DNA of 64,000 nt from Terrimicrobiaceae bacterium (GTDB lineage Bacteria; Verrucomicrobiota; Verrucomicrobiia; Chthoniobacterales; Terrimicrobiaceae). This document shows, piece by piece, positions 9,801-19,452 of this stretch. The stretch spans positions 23,242-87,241 of the forward strand of contig JBGSVZ010000068.1 of the NCBI GenBank assembly GCA_041752695.1, given 5' to 3'. The position numbers were made by a program, and so were the translations under genes. Below the pieces are notes generated by a model. It did not search any database. It worked only from the letters and a program-made list of their open reading frames with translations, and was not told the origin of the DNA. Within the stretch, counting starts at the first letter, position 1. Every line of letters starts with the position of its first letter.

Positions 9801-12800
9801 CTAATCCGGCTGCTCTGTCAGAAGAAGTCGCAGGAAGAGTGGCGAGTCTCCGCTTGTGGGAACTGCGACGCGATATTCGATGCGATCTCCCAGATCTCGC
9901 CACGGGGAGACTTGCGACGGATCGACTCTTTGCCACGATCCGGTGGCGAGAGTCGTGCTGGCTTGCACGGCTGGCGGTGGACCTCCGAAAGTTTTTGGAA
10001 CGGAGTAGTGAAATACGAGGTGTCCAACTTCCATCATCGGTAGGATGCTTAGGGACCCCTCTGCCACGTCGGGTCTGCGCGAGGAGATCCATTCGATCGC
10101 AGTGGGAACGCCATCATAGTCCGGGTCGCCTCCCCACAGGGGATCTACTGAAGGATAAGCCGCCATCCATTGAGAGAACGTCTTTGTGCCTGGCTGGGAA
10201 GCGAGCCCGGCAATCTCGACCGGAGCGAGCACTCGTTCCCAAATGCGGAGATCGTCGATCGCCCCATCCCAAGGGCGCAGCCCGTCGGTGTTCCTGTTCC
10301 CAATGGCAGAAAAGCCGGACGTCCCGTAGGTCCCTGCGGAAGCCGATAGGGAGGCAATGGTCTGGGCCACGCCATTCAGGTAGAGGAGCGGGGCGGAGGA
10401 CGACTCGGAATCGTAGGTCACAGCCAAATGAATCCAGGTGCCGAACGCGGAAAAGATGCCCGAGGTTGAACGCCAATCCCCTTTCCCTTTGACATTGAAC
10501 CCGATGGCCGGGGACGCTCCCGAACAATCGATAAAGAACTGCACGTTGTCCGCACCAAGCGAGACGATGCGGGGGTAGGCCGACGTTCCGGAGGTATCCA
10601 ATCGCACCCAGGCCGATATGGTGAATTGGGCGAGGACAGGGGCGAGAAACGAGGCATTGCTTCCCGGTGTGCCGGAAACGTCCATCGCTTTAACAAGGTG
10701 TCCCGGGGCAATCGTCGTCCGATCCAAGGTGGCGCTACGGTTGTTTCCGGAAAGATCCGGTGAAACTCCGCTGGTGGCGGAATCGAACGGCCAATGCGCG
10801 GCGAGCCCCGACCGGTAACTCACCGGAAAAGCCGTGCTGCCTGTGAGGACCTCGCCGCCGGTGTCAGTGAGCGACGAAGAAATGTTCAGAGTGTACTCCA
10901 AGCCCTCGTGCAATGGCTCAATATCCAAGAGCGCGGTTGTCGGAGATTCCTGTGTTACGGCATGGATCCTGATCGCAGGGCTAAGCTCATACGAAGCCGG
11001 CAGGAAGGCCTCGGCTGCCAGCGGCCTGCTGAAGGTCACCCGGATGCGGTAGGGACCGTCAGCGGATACGTCGCTCACGGAGAGCGGAACATTCGCGGCG
11101 TGGAAGATGAGGAAAAACCGTCCGCTGTAATTGCCCGCCGCCGAGTTGAGCTGGCCGCTGGGACCGGTGCTTGCCGCAGTGTCGAACTTACTTCCGTGGG
11201 CCGAGACCCCGTGCAAGAGCGAGAGCTCGCCGGCTGGCGGGGAGAAAGTGGCAAAACGCGGGTCCGCTCCCGGCGCGGGCGTCAACAATCGGAAGAACAA
11301 CCCAGTCGTATCAGTCAGCATGCTGACCGTTGCACCTGTCGTCTTGACCGTTCCCCAGTAAAAATTGGAGTGGAATCCTCGAAAAATCGGGTCGGTCGTC
11401 CACGATTGTCCGGGGATGGCATTGTTCGTAGCCTTCTCCCACACCGCCAACTCGACCCCAGCGGCCCGGTTGCGCCAGACTGGCTGCGGCCCGTCGCCCA
11501 GCCAGCGAAACCCGGTGACAGTGGCGGCCGGATAGTCAAAAGTGAGACCGATGTTGGCAAAGATGCCGGTCAGTCGGAAGGCATACGAGATTTCCAAGGC
11601 CCCGGATGGGCGCATCCGATAAAGCACGCTGCTGAGATTGCCGACGTGCACCGTCTCGACCACGGCGTCGGCACCCTCTTGCCGGGCGGAAATCGTAGAA
11701 AGGGCACTGGTGCCCGCGACGATCCTCGGGCCGTTTGTCAGCCCGGTGGAGATCCCGTCGACCGTGGCGGACTCTAAGCGTCCGGTGGATTTGTTGACCG
11801 CAACGTTCACGCCTGAGGCGTTAAGGCTCCATGACGCTCCGGCATCTGTCAACGTGGCTTGGCCCGAAGCGACCGGGAGATTGTCATTTAGCAAAGCGGT
11901 GGGAGTTCGAATTGTCCAGGTCCAGGACCTCAGTTTCTCTCCCCCGGGACCGGTTGCGACGAGACGAAGGGCATCGCGTTGCCGCCAGTTAGCCGGAAGA
12001 GGTAAGGTGATCGTGCCGCCCGTCTGTGGTCCCATCGACGGTCCGGCGAGCGTTCCCGTGTGAACCACGTCCACGCCGTTGACACCAGTGTCGGCGAGGA
12101 GTGGAAAATCGAGAAACTCCCAACGAAAGGTGCACTGATTGAGGTTGATAAAATAATAGTCGTTGAACACGCTAATCTCGCCGTTGAACTCTTCGTTCAG
12201 AACGGGAGCCGTCGTTACCTGCACCGGTGACCAAATGTCCCGGATGGCGTCGTAGCTCGGTTCTTTCTCGTGATACGGTCCCAGGATGCCGTCTGGTGCC
12301 TGGTTGCCCGCCGTGTCGAGGATGCCGCTTTGGTCTGCGCGCACGACCCCTTCATCGGCAAACGCCCAGAGAAACCCTCCCACCCCTCTGGGAGATGCCC
12401 GCATGGCATTCCAATAATCCTGCAAGCCGGCTCCATGGCCGCCGTCATAAAGACCGTGTAAAAATTCCGTAGGCAGAAAAAGGTTAGCACCGGAGAGTTT
12501 CGCGGTGAGCTGCGCGTACGTGGGGTAGTGGGTGGTGTCGATGCCTCCCTGAACGAGATTTCCGCCCCAGTTTGAACCCGGGTGGAGGACCGTTCGGGCC
12601 TGAGGATCATCCAGCGCGAAGTTTTCATCTACAGTTGTGTTCCAACCGCCCTCGTTGCCATTCGCCCATAGGATGACCGAGGGGTGGTTCACGTCCCGCC
12701 GAACCATCTCCTGAACAAGGCGCGCGGCGGTGGCATTATCATATGTGACATAGGACCAGCCAGGGAGTTCGTCGAGCACCAGCAGGCCCTGCGCGTCACA

Positions 12801-13889
12801 CGTGTCGAGGAAATGAGAGTCCGGGGGGTAGTGCGACATACGCACGGCGTTCATGTTCATTCCTTTGATAAGTCTCACGTCGGCCGCGCTGAGTGCCGGG
12901 CTGGATGTGCGGCCCGAGTCGGGCCAGAAGGTGTGGCGGTTAACACCCTTCAGCCGGATCTTCACACCGTTCAAGTAGAGCCCATCACCGGCGATCACCT
13001 GCACGGTGCGAAACCCGATCCGCTGGTTGACCGTATGGATGAGGGAGCCCGAGCGGACGAGATCGAGAGTGAGATCGTAGAGCACGGGATTTTCCATCGA
13101 CCAAGGCACCACGCCGGAAAAGCTGCCCGAGAAGGCGGCAGTGGTTTGGCCCGCTGACACGAAAATGGGGTCAAGCGTTCCGACCAAAGCGCCCCCGGGC
13201 GTTCGCAATGATCCGAGCACTTGGGCCGACGAGGCCAAGCCGTTGAGGATAATCGTCCCGGATAGGACGCCATTGTCCTGCGGGTTGAGCGCCGTTCGTT
13301 GGATCGATTCCGCCGGTCGCGCTTCCAGATAGACCGGGCGAAAAATGCCGCCGAAAATCCAATAGTCGGCCGTCCGTTCGGCCTCGTTCACCGACGCGTT
13401 GGCACTCTTTTTCGATACGGTGACCTCGATCGTGTTTGATCCGCCGTAGTGGAGCAGAGGGGAGATCGTATAGCGGAACGGGGTGAACGCCCCCTGGTGA
13501 ACCAACCCGGCGGAGGTGCCGTTGATTTTCACTGCGGCATCGGTCATCACGCCGTCAAACACGAGATCGATTCGTCGCCCGGACCACACGGCCGGCACGG
13601 TAAATGTCCGGCTATAGATTCCCTGCTCGGAGGATTGCGCGGCGAGCGATTCGTTGCCGTAGTTGTAAGACCCAAACCCTTTGATTTCCCAACACGAAGG
13701 AACCGAAATTGTGGTCCAAAAGCCGCTGTTCCGGCCCGCGGTGCAGTTGAAGTTCCATGGCACTCCATCGTCCTTCCCCACGCCGGAAAGGAACAGGGTC
13801 TCGGTCGCAGGCTGCCCTTGCCCTAAGGTCATTGCTAGCAAGAGAGTGACCAGACCGACCAAGGGTATGGTCACGCGCAGTGATTTCAT
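9801..13889 (-). CDS. Secreted GH2 beta-galactosidase-type enzyme with Ig-like, LamG and verrucomicrobial C-terminal domains
   Basis: Signal peptide; GGIFRPVYL; KGVNRH; NMNAVRMSHYP; WANGNE (acid/base); PTEFLH (nucleophile); GGFLW; LamG motifs FTISAWV, WIHLAVTYD, GAIDDLRIW; ends PLFLRLLL. Confidence 0.92.
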   Translation of the reverse strand: MKSLRVTIPLVGLVTLLLAMTLGQGQPATETLFLSGVGKDDGVPWNFNCTAGRNSGFWTTISVPSCWEIKGFGSYNYGNESLAAQSSEQGIYSRTFTVPAVWSGRRIDLVFDGVMTDAAVKINGTSAGLVHQGAFTPFRYTISPLLHYGGSNTIEVTVSKKSANASVNEAERTADYWIFGGIFRPVYLEARPAESIQRTALNPQDNGVLSGTIILNGLASSAQVLGSLRTPGGALVGTLDPIFVSAGQTTAAFSGSFSGVVPWSMENPVLYDLTLDLVRSGSLIHTVNQRIGFRTVQVIAGDGLYLNGVKIRLKGVNRHTFWPDSGRTSSPALSAADVRLIKGMNMNAVRMSHYPPDSHFLDTCDAQGLLVLDELPGWSYVTYDNATAARLVQEMVRRDVNHPSVILWANGNEGGWNTTVDENFALDDPQARTVLHPGSNWGGNLVQGGIDTTHYPTYAQLTAKLSGANLFLPTEFLHGLYDGGHGAGLQDYWNAMRASPRGVGGFLWAFADEGVVRADQSGILDTAGNQAPDGILGPYHEKEPSYDAIRDIWSPVQVTTAPVLNEEFNGEISVFNDYYFINLNQCTFRWEFLDFPLLADTGVNGVDVVHTGTLAGPSMGPQTGGTITLPLPANWRQRDALRLVATGPGGEKLRSWTWTIRTPTALLNDNLPVASGQATLTDAGASWSLNASGVNVAVNKSTGRLESATVDGISTGLTNGPRIVAGTSALSTISARQEGADAVVETVHVGNLSSVLYRMRPSGALEISYAFRLTGIFANIGLTFDYPAATVTGFRWLGDGPQPVWRNRAAGVELAVWEKATNNAIPGQSWTTDPIFRGFHSNFYWGTVKTTGATVSMLTDTTGLFFRLLTPAPGADPRFATFSPPAGELSLLHGVSAHGSKFDTAASTGPSGQLNSAAGNYSGRFFLIFHAANVPLSVSDVSADGPYRIRVTFSRPLAAEAFLPASYELSPAIRIHAVTQESPTTALLDIEPLHEGLEYTLNISSSLTDTGGEVLTGSTAFPVSYRSGLAAHWPFDSATSGVSPDLSGNNRSATLDRTTIAPGHLVKAMDVSGTPGSNASFLAPVLAQFTISAWVRLDTSGTSAYPRIVSLGADNVQFFIDCSGASPAIGFNVKGKGDWRSTSGIFSAFGTWIHLAVTYDSESSSAPLLYLNGVAQTIASLSASAGTYGTSGFSAIGNRNTDGLRPWDGAIDDLRIWERVLAPVEIAGLASQPGTKTFSQWMAAYPSVDPLWGGDPDYDGVPTAIEWISSRRPDVAEGSLSILPMMEVGHLVFHYSVPKTFGGPPPAVQASTTLATGSWQRVDPSQVSPWRDLGDRIEYRVAVPTSGDSPLFLRLLLTEQPD

Positions 13890-13920
13890 AAATGGGGGAA
13901 TTCTGGAGATTTTCAGAAAG

Positions 13921-13958
13921 ACAAAACCCCCGGGTCGGGCGGAGCCGAACCGGGGGCT
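13921..13958 (-). terminator. Intrinsic terminator after the PEP-CTERM gene
   Basis: Minus strand reads CCCCCGGTTCGG-ctccgc-CCGACCCGGGGG (12-bp stem, one mismatch) followed by TTTTGT, about 30 nt after the stop at 13986. Confidence 0.75.
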
Positions 13959-13985
13959 TAGATCATTACGTCGATGCTGCCCGAA

Positions 13986-14768
13986 TCAGGCACGACGCCG
14001 GGCGACCAGCAGGGTAAGACCGCCCATTGCAAGCAAGACAAAGGCACCAGGTTCAGGCACGGCATTGACTTCGAAGGTGTCGAACCGACCATTACTTCCG
14101 CCGCTGACCGAGCCTAGTTGGTTGTCAAAATACAATCCCCAACCATCAACACTCCCGCTGCTTAGAGTGGTCGCCGTCCCCAAGCTGAAGGTTTGTCCCA
14201 CTCCTGTAGTGAAAGTCAACGGAATCCAAAGAGTGGTGTTGTCCGTGGTCAAGGTCTTGAACTCGGCGCTGCTTGTGAATGAGCCTCCCGTCATGGCGGC
14301 GGTGGTAAAAGTCGTGTTGGAAACATACCAGGTCCCTGCAACTTGGAGCGCAACCTGCCCAGTGACGGCAACGTTGCCGTTGCCCAGGTAGAAGTTGATG
14401 TTCGTGAGATTGCTGTAGTTATAGCCCAAAGTTCCCTCAGCGGTATAGATGAGAGCGTCCAAAACTTGGGCGGAATTGGCAAAAGCAAAGCCCAGATTGG
14501 TCCCGGCGTAGGTGCCCGCGTTGACGGCTGGGACGTTGGTGAGCCTGCCCTCCTGGTTGCTGAGCGCGGTGGAGTCTACGGTGGGGAGACCGGAGTTGGC
14601 AAAGAGGCCGGTGCCGGTTGTTGCAAAACTGTCCCACCCCGCTTCGGATCCTAGGTTGGCGTTATTGGTGGTGGTGTAAAAAGTTTCGCGATAAATCACC
14701 GCGGAGTGGCCGGTGATCGCCGGTGTTATCGTTAGTGCGGCAAGGCAAAGCTTCAAGATGGTTTTCAT
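13986..14768 (-). CDS. PEP-CTERM sorting-domain surface protein
   Basis: Signal peptide, Thr/Gly/Asn-rich body, C-terminal VPEP + hydrophobic helix + RRRA. Confidence 0.93.
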   Translation of the reverse strand: MKTILKLCLAALTITPAITGHSAVIYRETFYTTTNNANLGSEAGWDSFATTGTGLFANSGLPTVDSTALSNQEGRLTNVPAVNAGTYAGTNLGFAFANSAQVLDALIYTAEGTLGYNYSNLTNINFYLGNGNVAVTGQVALQVAGTWYVSNTTFTTAAMTGGSFTSSAEFKTLTTDNTTLWIPLTFTTGVGQTFSLGTATTLSSGSVDGWGLYFDNQLGSVSGGSNGRFDTFEVNAVPEPGAFVLLAMGGLTLLVARRRA

Positions 14769-14812
14769 GATGGGATAATTCTATCTGGTTTGTAGGGGGC
14801 TTGTGGTCTCTG

Positions 14813-14828
14813 GGAAACCCGGGTTTCC
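14813..14828. promoter_or_regulatory. Perfect 16-bp palindrome in the divergent intergenic region; candidate operator
   Basis: GGAAACCCGGGTTTCC lies between the PEP-CTERM start and the XylR-like gene. Confidence 0.35.
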
Positions 14829-14888
14829 GAGCAGAATTGTGTCAGATTTTTTTCAGCATGATTGACTCCTCGTGCGAAGGTTTTGACA

Positions 14889-16088
14889 ATGCGTCCTGGA
14901 AACCGCAAAGTTCTTCGAGTGTCTGCTTCGCGCAAGTCGGGTCGGCCGGTCATCGGCATTTGCATCAACGGAGACAACCCTTATATGCACGGGGTTCATG
15001 CGGGGATCGTCCGCTTCGTGCAGGAGAAACCCTGCAATTGGGATCTCGTTCTTTGCCTCCCCGAAGCAAAATTGACTGTCATGGGCGAACTTAGGCGGCA
15101 TTTTGACGGAATGATCTCGGCCTACACGGAGATCGATGCCGCGGAGACCCTGCGAAAACGCCTGCCGACCGTGTTGGTTGGCTATCGCGGGGACGACCGG
15201 TTTCGCTACGTGTTGCCCAACCACAGGGCCAACGGTGAACTGGCCGCCCGCCATCTGATGGAACGAAGTCTGGTCCAATTTGGCTCATTCATGAACGCGG
15301 ACCCGCGGCATGTTACGCTGGCTTGGATGCACGAAGGATTTGAAGAGGCCGTGCGCTCGGCAGGGCACGACGTGGAGCGTTTCCACAATGGGACGCGCGC
15401 CCGACGGCCTTGGACGCTGCCGGACCAGATCCGGGACTTGGAAGAGTGGCTGTCATCACTGGCCAAGCCGGTCGGCGTTTTTGCCAGTGATGATGATCAC
15501 GCGTGGAGGGTGATTGAGGCAGCCAACCGGGCCGGGATCAAGGTTCCTGAGGAGGTCTCCGTGGTCGGCTCGATGAACGCCGAATGGATTTGCGAGTTCA
15601 GCCGTCCCCGCATCACGAGCGTGAGCTACAATCAGGTCGGGGTTGGCTATGAGGCAGCGCGCGCCCTGCATCGGATCTTGCAAACCGGGAAGTTGGAAAA
15701 AGGAATCACCTTTGCTCCAGTGGGCAGAGTGGTGGCCCGCGAGTCTTCTTTGGCCTTTGCGGTCGATGACCCGGTGGTGAACCGGGCGTTGCAAAGCATT
15801 TGGACCAAACATGAGCATGGATACCGGCTTTCCGGTTTACTCGAAGATTTGCCTGTGTCGAGGAGCGTGCTCTTCCAGCGATTTCGTGCGGCAAATCGGC
15901 CCCCTCCCGCAGAGGAACTCCGTCTTGCGAGGGTGGAGCGCGCAAAGCAACTTTTGGTCACAACCCGCAAGCCGCTCGCAGAAATCGCGGACGAATGCGG
16001 TTTCGACCACCTCTCGCAGCTCAGCCGGGAAATCCGGGCCCAAACCGGCCTCCCTCCCAGCGAGTTCCGCCTGCAACGGGAAATCTGA
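14889..16088 (+). CDS. XylR-type transcriptional regulator (sensor domain + AraC HTH)
   Basis: LAKPVGVFASDD, GIKVPEEVSVVG, VGYEAARAL, VVARESS, AVDDPVV, and AraC HTH RVERAKQLL...EIADECGF. Start codon uncertain. Confidence 0.92.
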   Translation: MRPGNRKVLRVSASRKSGRPVIGICINGDNPYMHGVHAGIVRFVQEKPCNWDLVLCLPEAKLTVMGELRRHFDGMISAYTEIDAAETLRKRLPTVLVGYRGDDRFRYVLPNHRANGELAARHLMERSLVQFGSFMNADPRHVTLAWMHEGFEEAVRSAGHDVERFHNGTRARRPWTLPDQIRDLEEWLSSLAKPVGVFASDDDHAWRVIEAANRAGIKVPEEVSVVGSMNAEWICEFSRPRITSVSYNQVGVGYEAARALHRILQTGKLEKGITFAPVGRVVARESSLAFAVDDPVVNRALQSIWTKHEHGYRLSGLLEDLPVSRSVLFQRFRAANRPPPAEELRLARVERAKQLLVTTRKPLAEIADECGFDHLSQLSREIRAQTGLPPSEFRLQREI

Positions 16089-16268
16089 TTTTGAGGACTG
16101 GTCCCCCTCCAAGTCGCTGACCAGGTGCGGCACTTGGGCTCTGCGGCATTGGGGAGAAAAATAACGCCATCGGGGATTGAGCGAGCCTGATAGGCCGGTC
16201 TACCGTCTCGGCGCCATGGCCCCAGACGAGCGTTTTCCGCTAAAGAGCGTCCCCGCCAAACCCCGACT

Positions 16269-18173
16269 ATGCGAAATCACCTAAAGGCAATGCCCCTAGC
16301 TCTCACCATCTTCGCCGAGGCCGCGCTTGCTACTGGTGTTGGCTCTGTTCGTGTCACCGGACAATTCCGGATCGTCAATGGGGCCGAAACGGTGCCGGCT
16401 GGATTGTTCGGCGTCCATGCCACAGCGCTGACGCCCGAAACCGCTGCCGATTGGGGCGTTGAGATGGTACGCACGATGGACCAGAAGCCGAACGGCAAGC
16501 CTGTGATTCCCGGTGAAAACGCCAAGGTGCCGGAGGGAATCGGAATGGTGGTTGAGTGTTTTTACGACCGCTACCAACCAGCCTTGATGCTGACAGACCG
16601 TTCCTGGCAGGAGAATCTGAAAAAACTCGCGAGGAATTATGCGACAAACGCCCGTGGTACTGGCCGCACTCACACCGTCGAATTTTGGAATGAACCTTAC
16701 CTGAACTGGGCGAAGAAACCCGGGGTCAATTACGACGGAGAGTTGTATGAACCCGGGAAGGAGGGGCAGGCGATGACGATCAAGGGGGAGAAGAAACCTC
16801 TCAATTCCCTGGTCTGGTCGGAGCAACTCGTCGCGGTGGATGCAGCTACGGGGAAAGTCGACTACCTTGCCTCCTCTTACGCACTTCCACTGGTCTGGAA
16901 AGGCGAACTCAAAGAGGGTGATGAGTACATTTTTCGAGAGACAAAAATCTGCCGTATGGAGACCCGCCCGTGGGGCCGAGACCCCGGACAAAAATCCTGG
17001 TTTTCCGGCCCGCAGAACTCCGAATTTTACCGCCAGATGTTTGTTCCCTTCGCGAAGACGTTGAAAGAATCAAACTCCGATGTTCAGCTCGTTGGAGGGT
17101 GGGGCTTCCACATTAATCAGGACAATTGGGTGGCATGGCCGGTATTATTCAAGCCTCTCATCGATGAATCGATCCAGTGGCTCGACGGGATTAACGAGCA
17201 CCATTATGGGGGCGATACGCGGATGGTGGCGGGCACCTACGAGGTGGTGAGCGCCTATGCACAGACCGAGCATGGAAAACGACTGAAATTCTACAACACG
17301 GAGGCGGGTGGAGCACTCGATCCCGAGCGGCCGGATGTTCCAGCCGCGCCAAATTTCCAAGCTAATGCGGGCAGCGCCCTCTTCGGTGCTTTCACTTATA
17401 TGGTGCGCGATGTCCTCCACCTCATCGATATCTGTCCGGACAAGGCCGTGGCGCGGGCCTCGCACATGGCGGATAAAAACGGCGACCGCTTTGCCCTGAA
17501 ATTTCTGAAAGATTTGCGCGGGCGCCTGCTGGCCGTGGACTCTGGCGTACCAAAGGTCTGGACGGTGGCCTCCATGCGTGACCATGAGCTGTGTGTGATT
17601 GCCTTTAACGACAACGCGCAGGCCAAAACCTTCCCGCTCCGCGTGGAGGCGCCGGCTGGCTGGAGGATCACCAGCGGGTTCGTGGAAGAGCCGGAGCGTG
17701 CCGACGATCAGATCAAGTTTCAATCGGAGTCCGTCCCGGTTTCCGATGGGGTTTTCGAAGGCACGATCGATCTGGCGGGCAAATCGGCGAAAAAGTGGAT
17801 TTTTGAATGCGTCAAGGTGCCGGGGGCTGGACGACCCCGGCAGCGGGTCGAAACTCAGTTTTTTGCGCCCGGCATCATCAATCGACTGTCGCCCTCCAGC
17901 CCGGTGGAGCTGGAAATAAAAATCCCTCCGGACGCGCTGAAAACGGGAGCATCCGCGCAATTGAAGATCGTGCAAGAAGGTTGGAATCCAGACTGCGTCT
18001 TCTTACTGAATGGGCAGGAGATAAAACTCGAAATCATCAATTCCTGGACTCATCTCCAATCGGTGGACCTTGCCCTCCTGCAACCCGTGAACTCTCTGGT
18101 GTTCAGAACCCGTTCCGAAAAACCCACGACCATCGGCGCTGCGAGCATAGTGGTCACCAGCCAATTTCCATGA
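16269..18173 (+). CDS. Secreted putative clan GH-A-like glycoside hydrolase of unassigned family
   Basis: Signal-peptide-like start; VEFWNEPY (acid/base-like); DGINEHHY; FYNTEAG (nucleophile-like); C-terminal beta-sandwich-like regions. Confidence 0.6.
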   Translation: MRNHLKAMPLALTIFAEAALATGVGSVRVTGQFRIVNGAETVPAGLFGVHATALTPETAADWGVEMVRTMDQKPNGKPVIPGENAKVPEGIGMVVECFYDRYQPALMLTDRSWQENLKKLARNYATNARGTGRTHTVEFWNEPYLNWAKKPGVNYDGELYEPGKEGQAMTIKGEKKPLNSLVWSEQLVAVDAATGKVDYLASSYALPLVWKGELKEGDEYIFRETKICRMETRPWGRDPGQKSWFSGPQNSEFYRQMFVPFAKTLKESNSDVQLVGGWGFHINQDNWVAWPVLFKPLIDESIQWLDGINEHHYGGDTRMVAGTYEVVSAYAQTEHGKRLKFYNTEAGGALDPERPDVPAAPNFQANAGSALFGAFTYMVRDVLHLIDICPDKAVARASHMADKNGDRFALKFLKDLRGRLLAVDSGVPKVWTVASMRDHELCVIAFNDNAQAKTFPLRVEAPAGWRITSGFVEEPERADDQIKFQSESVPVSDGVFEGTIDLAGKSAKKWIFECVKVPGAGRPRQRVETQFFAPGIINRLSPSSPVELEIKIPPDALKTGASAQLKIVQEGWNPDCVFLLNGQEIKLEIINSWTHLQSVDLALLQPVNSLVFRTRSEKPTTIGAASIVVTSQFP

Positions 18174-19402
18174 ACGAGCTCCCCGTCCGCCTCCGCGCTT
18201 ATGAAGATCTTGCCTATGGATTGTTTCTCCACTGGGGCCTGTACTCGCAAATCGAAAGCGGTGAGTGGGTGCGCAAATACCGGGAGATTCCCAAGGAAGA
18301 ATATGCGGCATTAGCCTCGAGCTTCACGGCAAAGCATTTTGACGCCCGCAGGCTGGTGCAGTGGGCGAAGCAGGTGGGATTTCGGTACATTTGTCTCACC
18401 ACCCGGCATCACGATGGGTTCTCCCTCTACGACACACGGGGGCTGAACGATTTCGACGCGCCGCACAGTGCGGCGCGGCGCGACCTTGTTGCCGAGTTTG
18501 CCGCGGCCTGCCATGACGAAGGCTTGGCGATGTTTTTTTACCACACCACGCTCGATTGGCTGGTGGAATCGTTTCGTAAGGACTTCCCCGCCTATCTGGA
18601 ATACTTGCGAAACTCCGTGGAAATTCTTTGCACCCAATATGGCAAGGTAGCGGGCCTCTGGTTTGACGGGAACTGGGCGTGCCCGGAAGCGGACTGGGAG
18701 GAGGATCGGCTCTACGGGCTGATCCGGAAGCACCAACCGGATTGCGTGATCATCAATAATTCAAGTGTGAAGGCTCGTGGTGCCCGAGGGCATCCTGAAG
18801 TCGATGTCCTCACGTTTGAGCAGGGAGTGCCGACGCAGGTCGCCTCCCCGGGACGGTGCCTTGCCCGCGAAATGTGCGAGACAATCAACAGCCACTGGGG
18901 CACGGCTTCGCTCGATCTCTCCCACAAAAGCCCTGCGGGGCTCATCACCACCCTGGCCGCCTGCCGGGGAGCCGGGGCCAACCTGCTCCTCAACATCGGA
19001 CCTCATGCCGACGGTTCGCTGCCGGATTACGAAAAAAGCGCACTCGATCTGGTCGGGCGTTGGATCACCCATTGCGGCAGCAGCATCTACCGCGGACGTC
19101 CAACCTCGCTAGTCTGCCGGGGACAGGATTTTGTTCTTCAAGAGGACATGGACTATTTTTGCTTCGTTCACCACATTCCGATTTCTGGAAACCTGCACCT
19201 GCAATCAAACGAACCGGGCAGCGGATTAAAGACGATCCAGGGCAAGCTTCCACGGATCGCGAGGGTTTGCTGGACGGATAACGGAGAATCACTGGGCTTT
19301 TGTCAGGATCATGAGAAACAAATGTTCACGTTTGATGCGACCCCTTTCCCATATGGACGAGAGACCATCGTGCGGGTCGCAAGGCTGGAAGTGGCTTCAT
19401 GA
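18170..19402 (+). CDS. GH29 alpha-L-fucosidase
   Basis: GLFLHWGLYS, TTRHHDGF, GLWFDG (nucleophile), NLLLNIGP. ATGA overlap with the upstream stop. No signal peptide. Confidence 0.93.
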   Translation: MNELPVRLRAYEDLAYGLFLHWGLYSQIESGEWVRKYREIPKEEYAALASSFTAKHFDARRLVQWAKQVGFRYICLTTRHHDGFSLYDTRGLNDFDAPHSAARRDLVAEFAAACHDEGLAMFFYHTTLDWLVESFRKDFPAYLEYLRNSVEILCTQYGKVAGLWFDGNWACPEADWEEDRLYGLIRKHQPDCVIINNSSVKARGARGHPEVDVLTFEQGVPTQVASPGRCLAREMCETINSHWGTASLDLSHKSPAGLITTLAACRGAGANLLLNIGPHADGSLPDYEKSALDLVGRWITHCGSSIYRGRPTSLVCRGQDFVLQEDMDYFCFVHHIPISGNLHLQSNEPGSGLKTIQGKLPRIARVCWTDNGESLGFCQDHEKQMFTFDATPFPYGRETIVRVARLEVAS

Positions 19403-19452
19403 TCACGATGACGTCTGCCGGTTGTTGCTAGTGCCGCGGCCCTCCCGCACCC

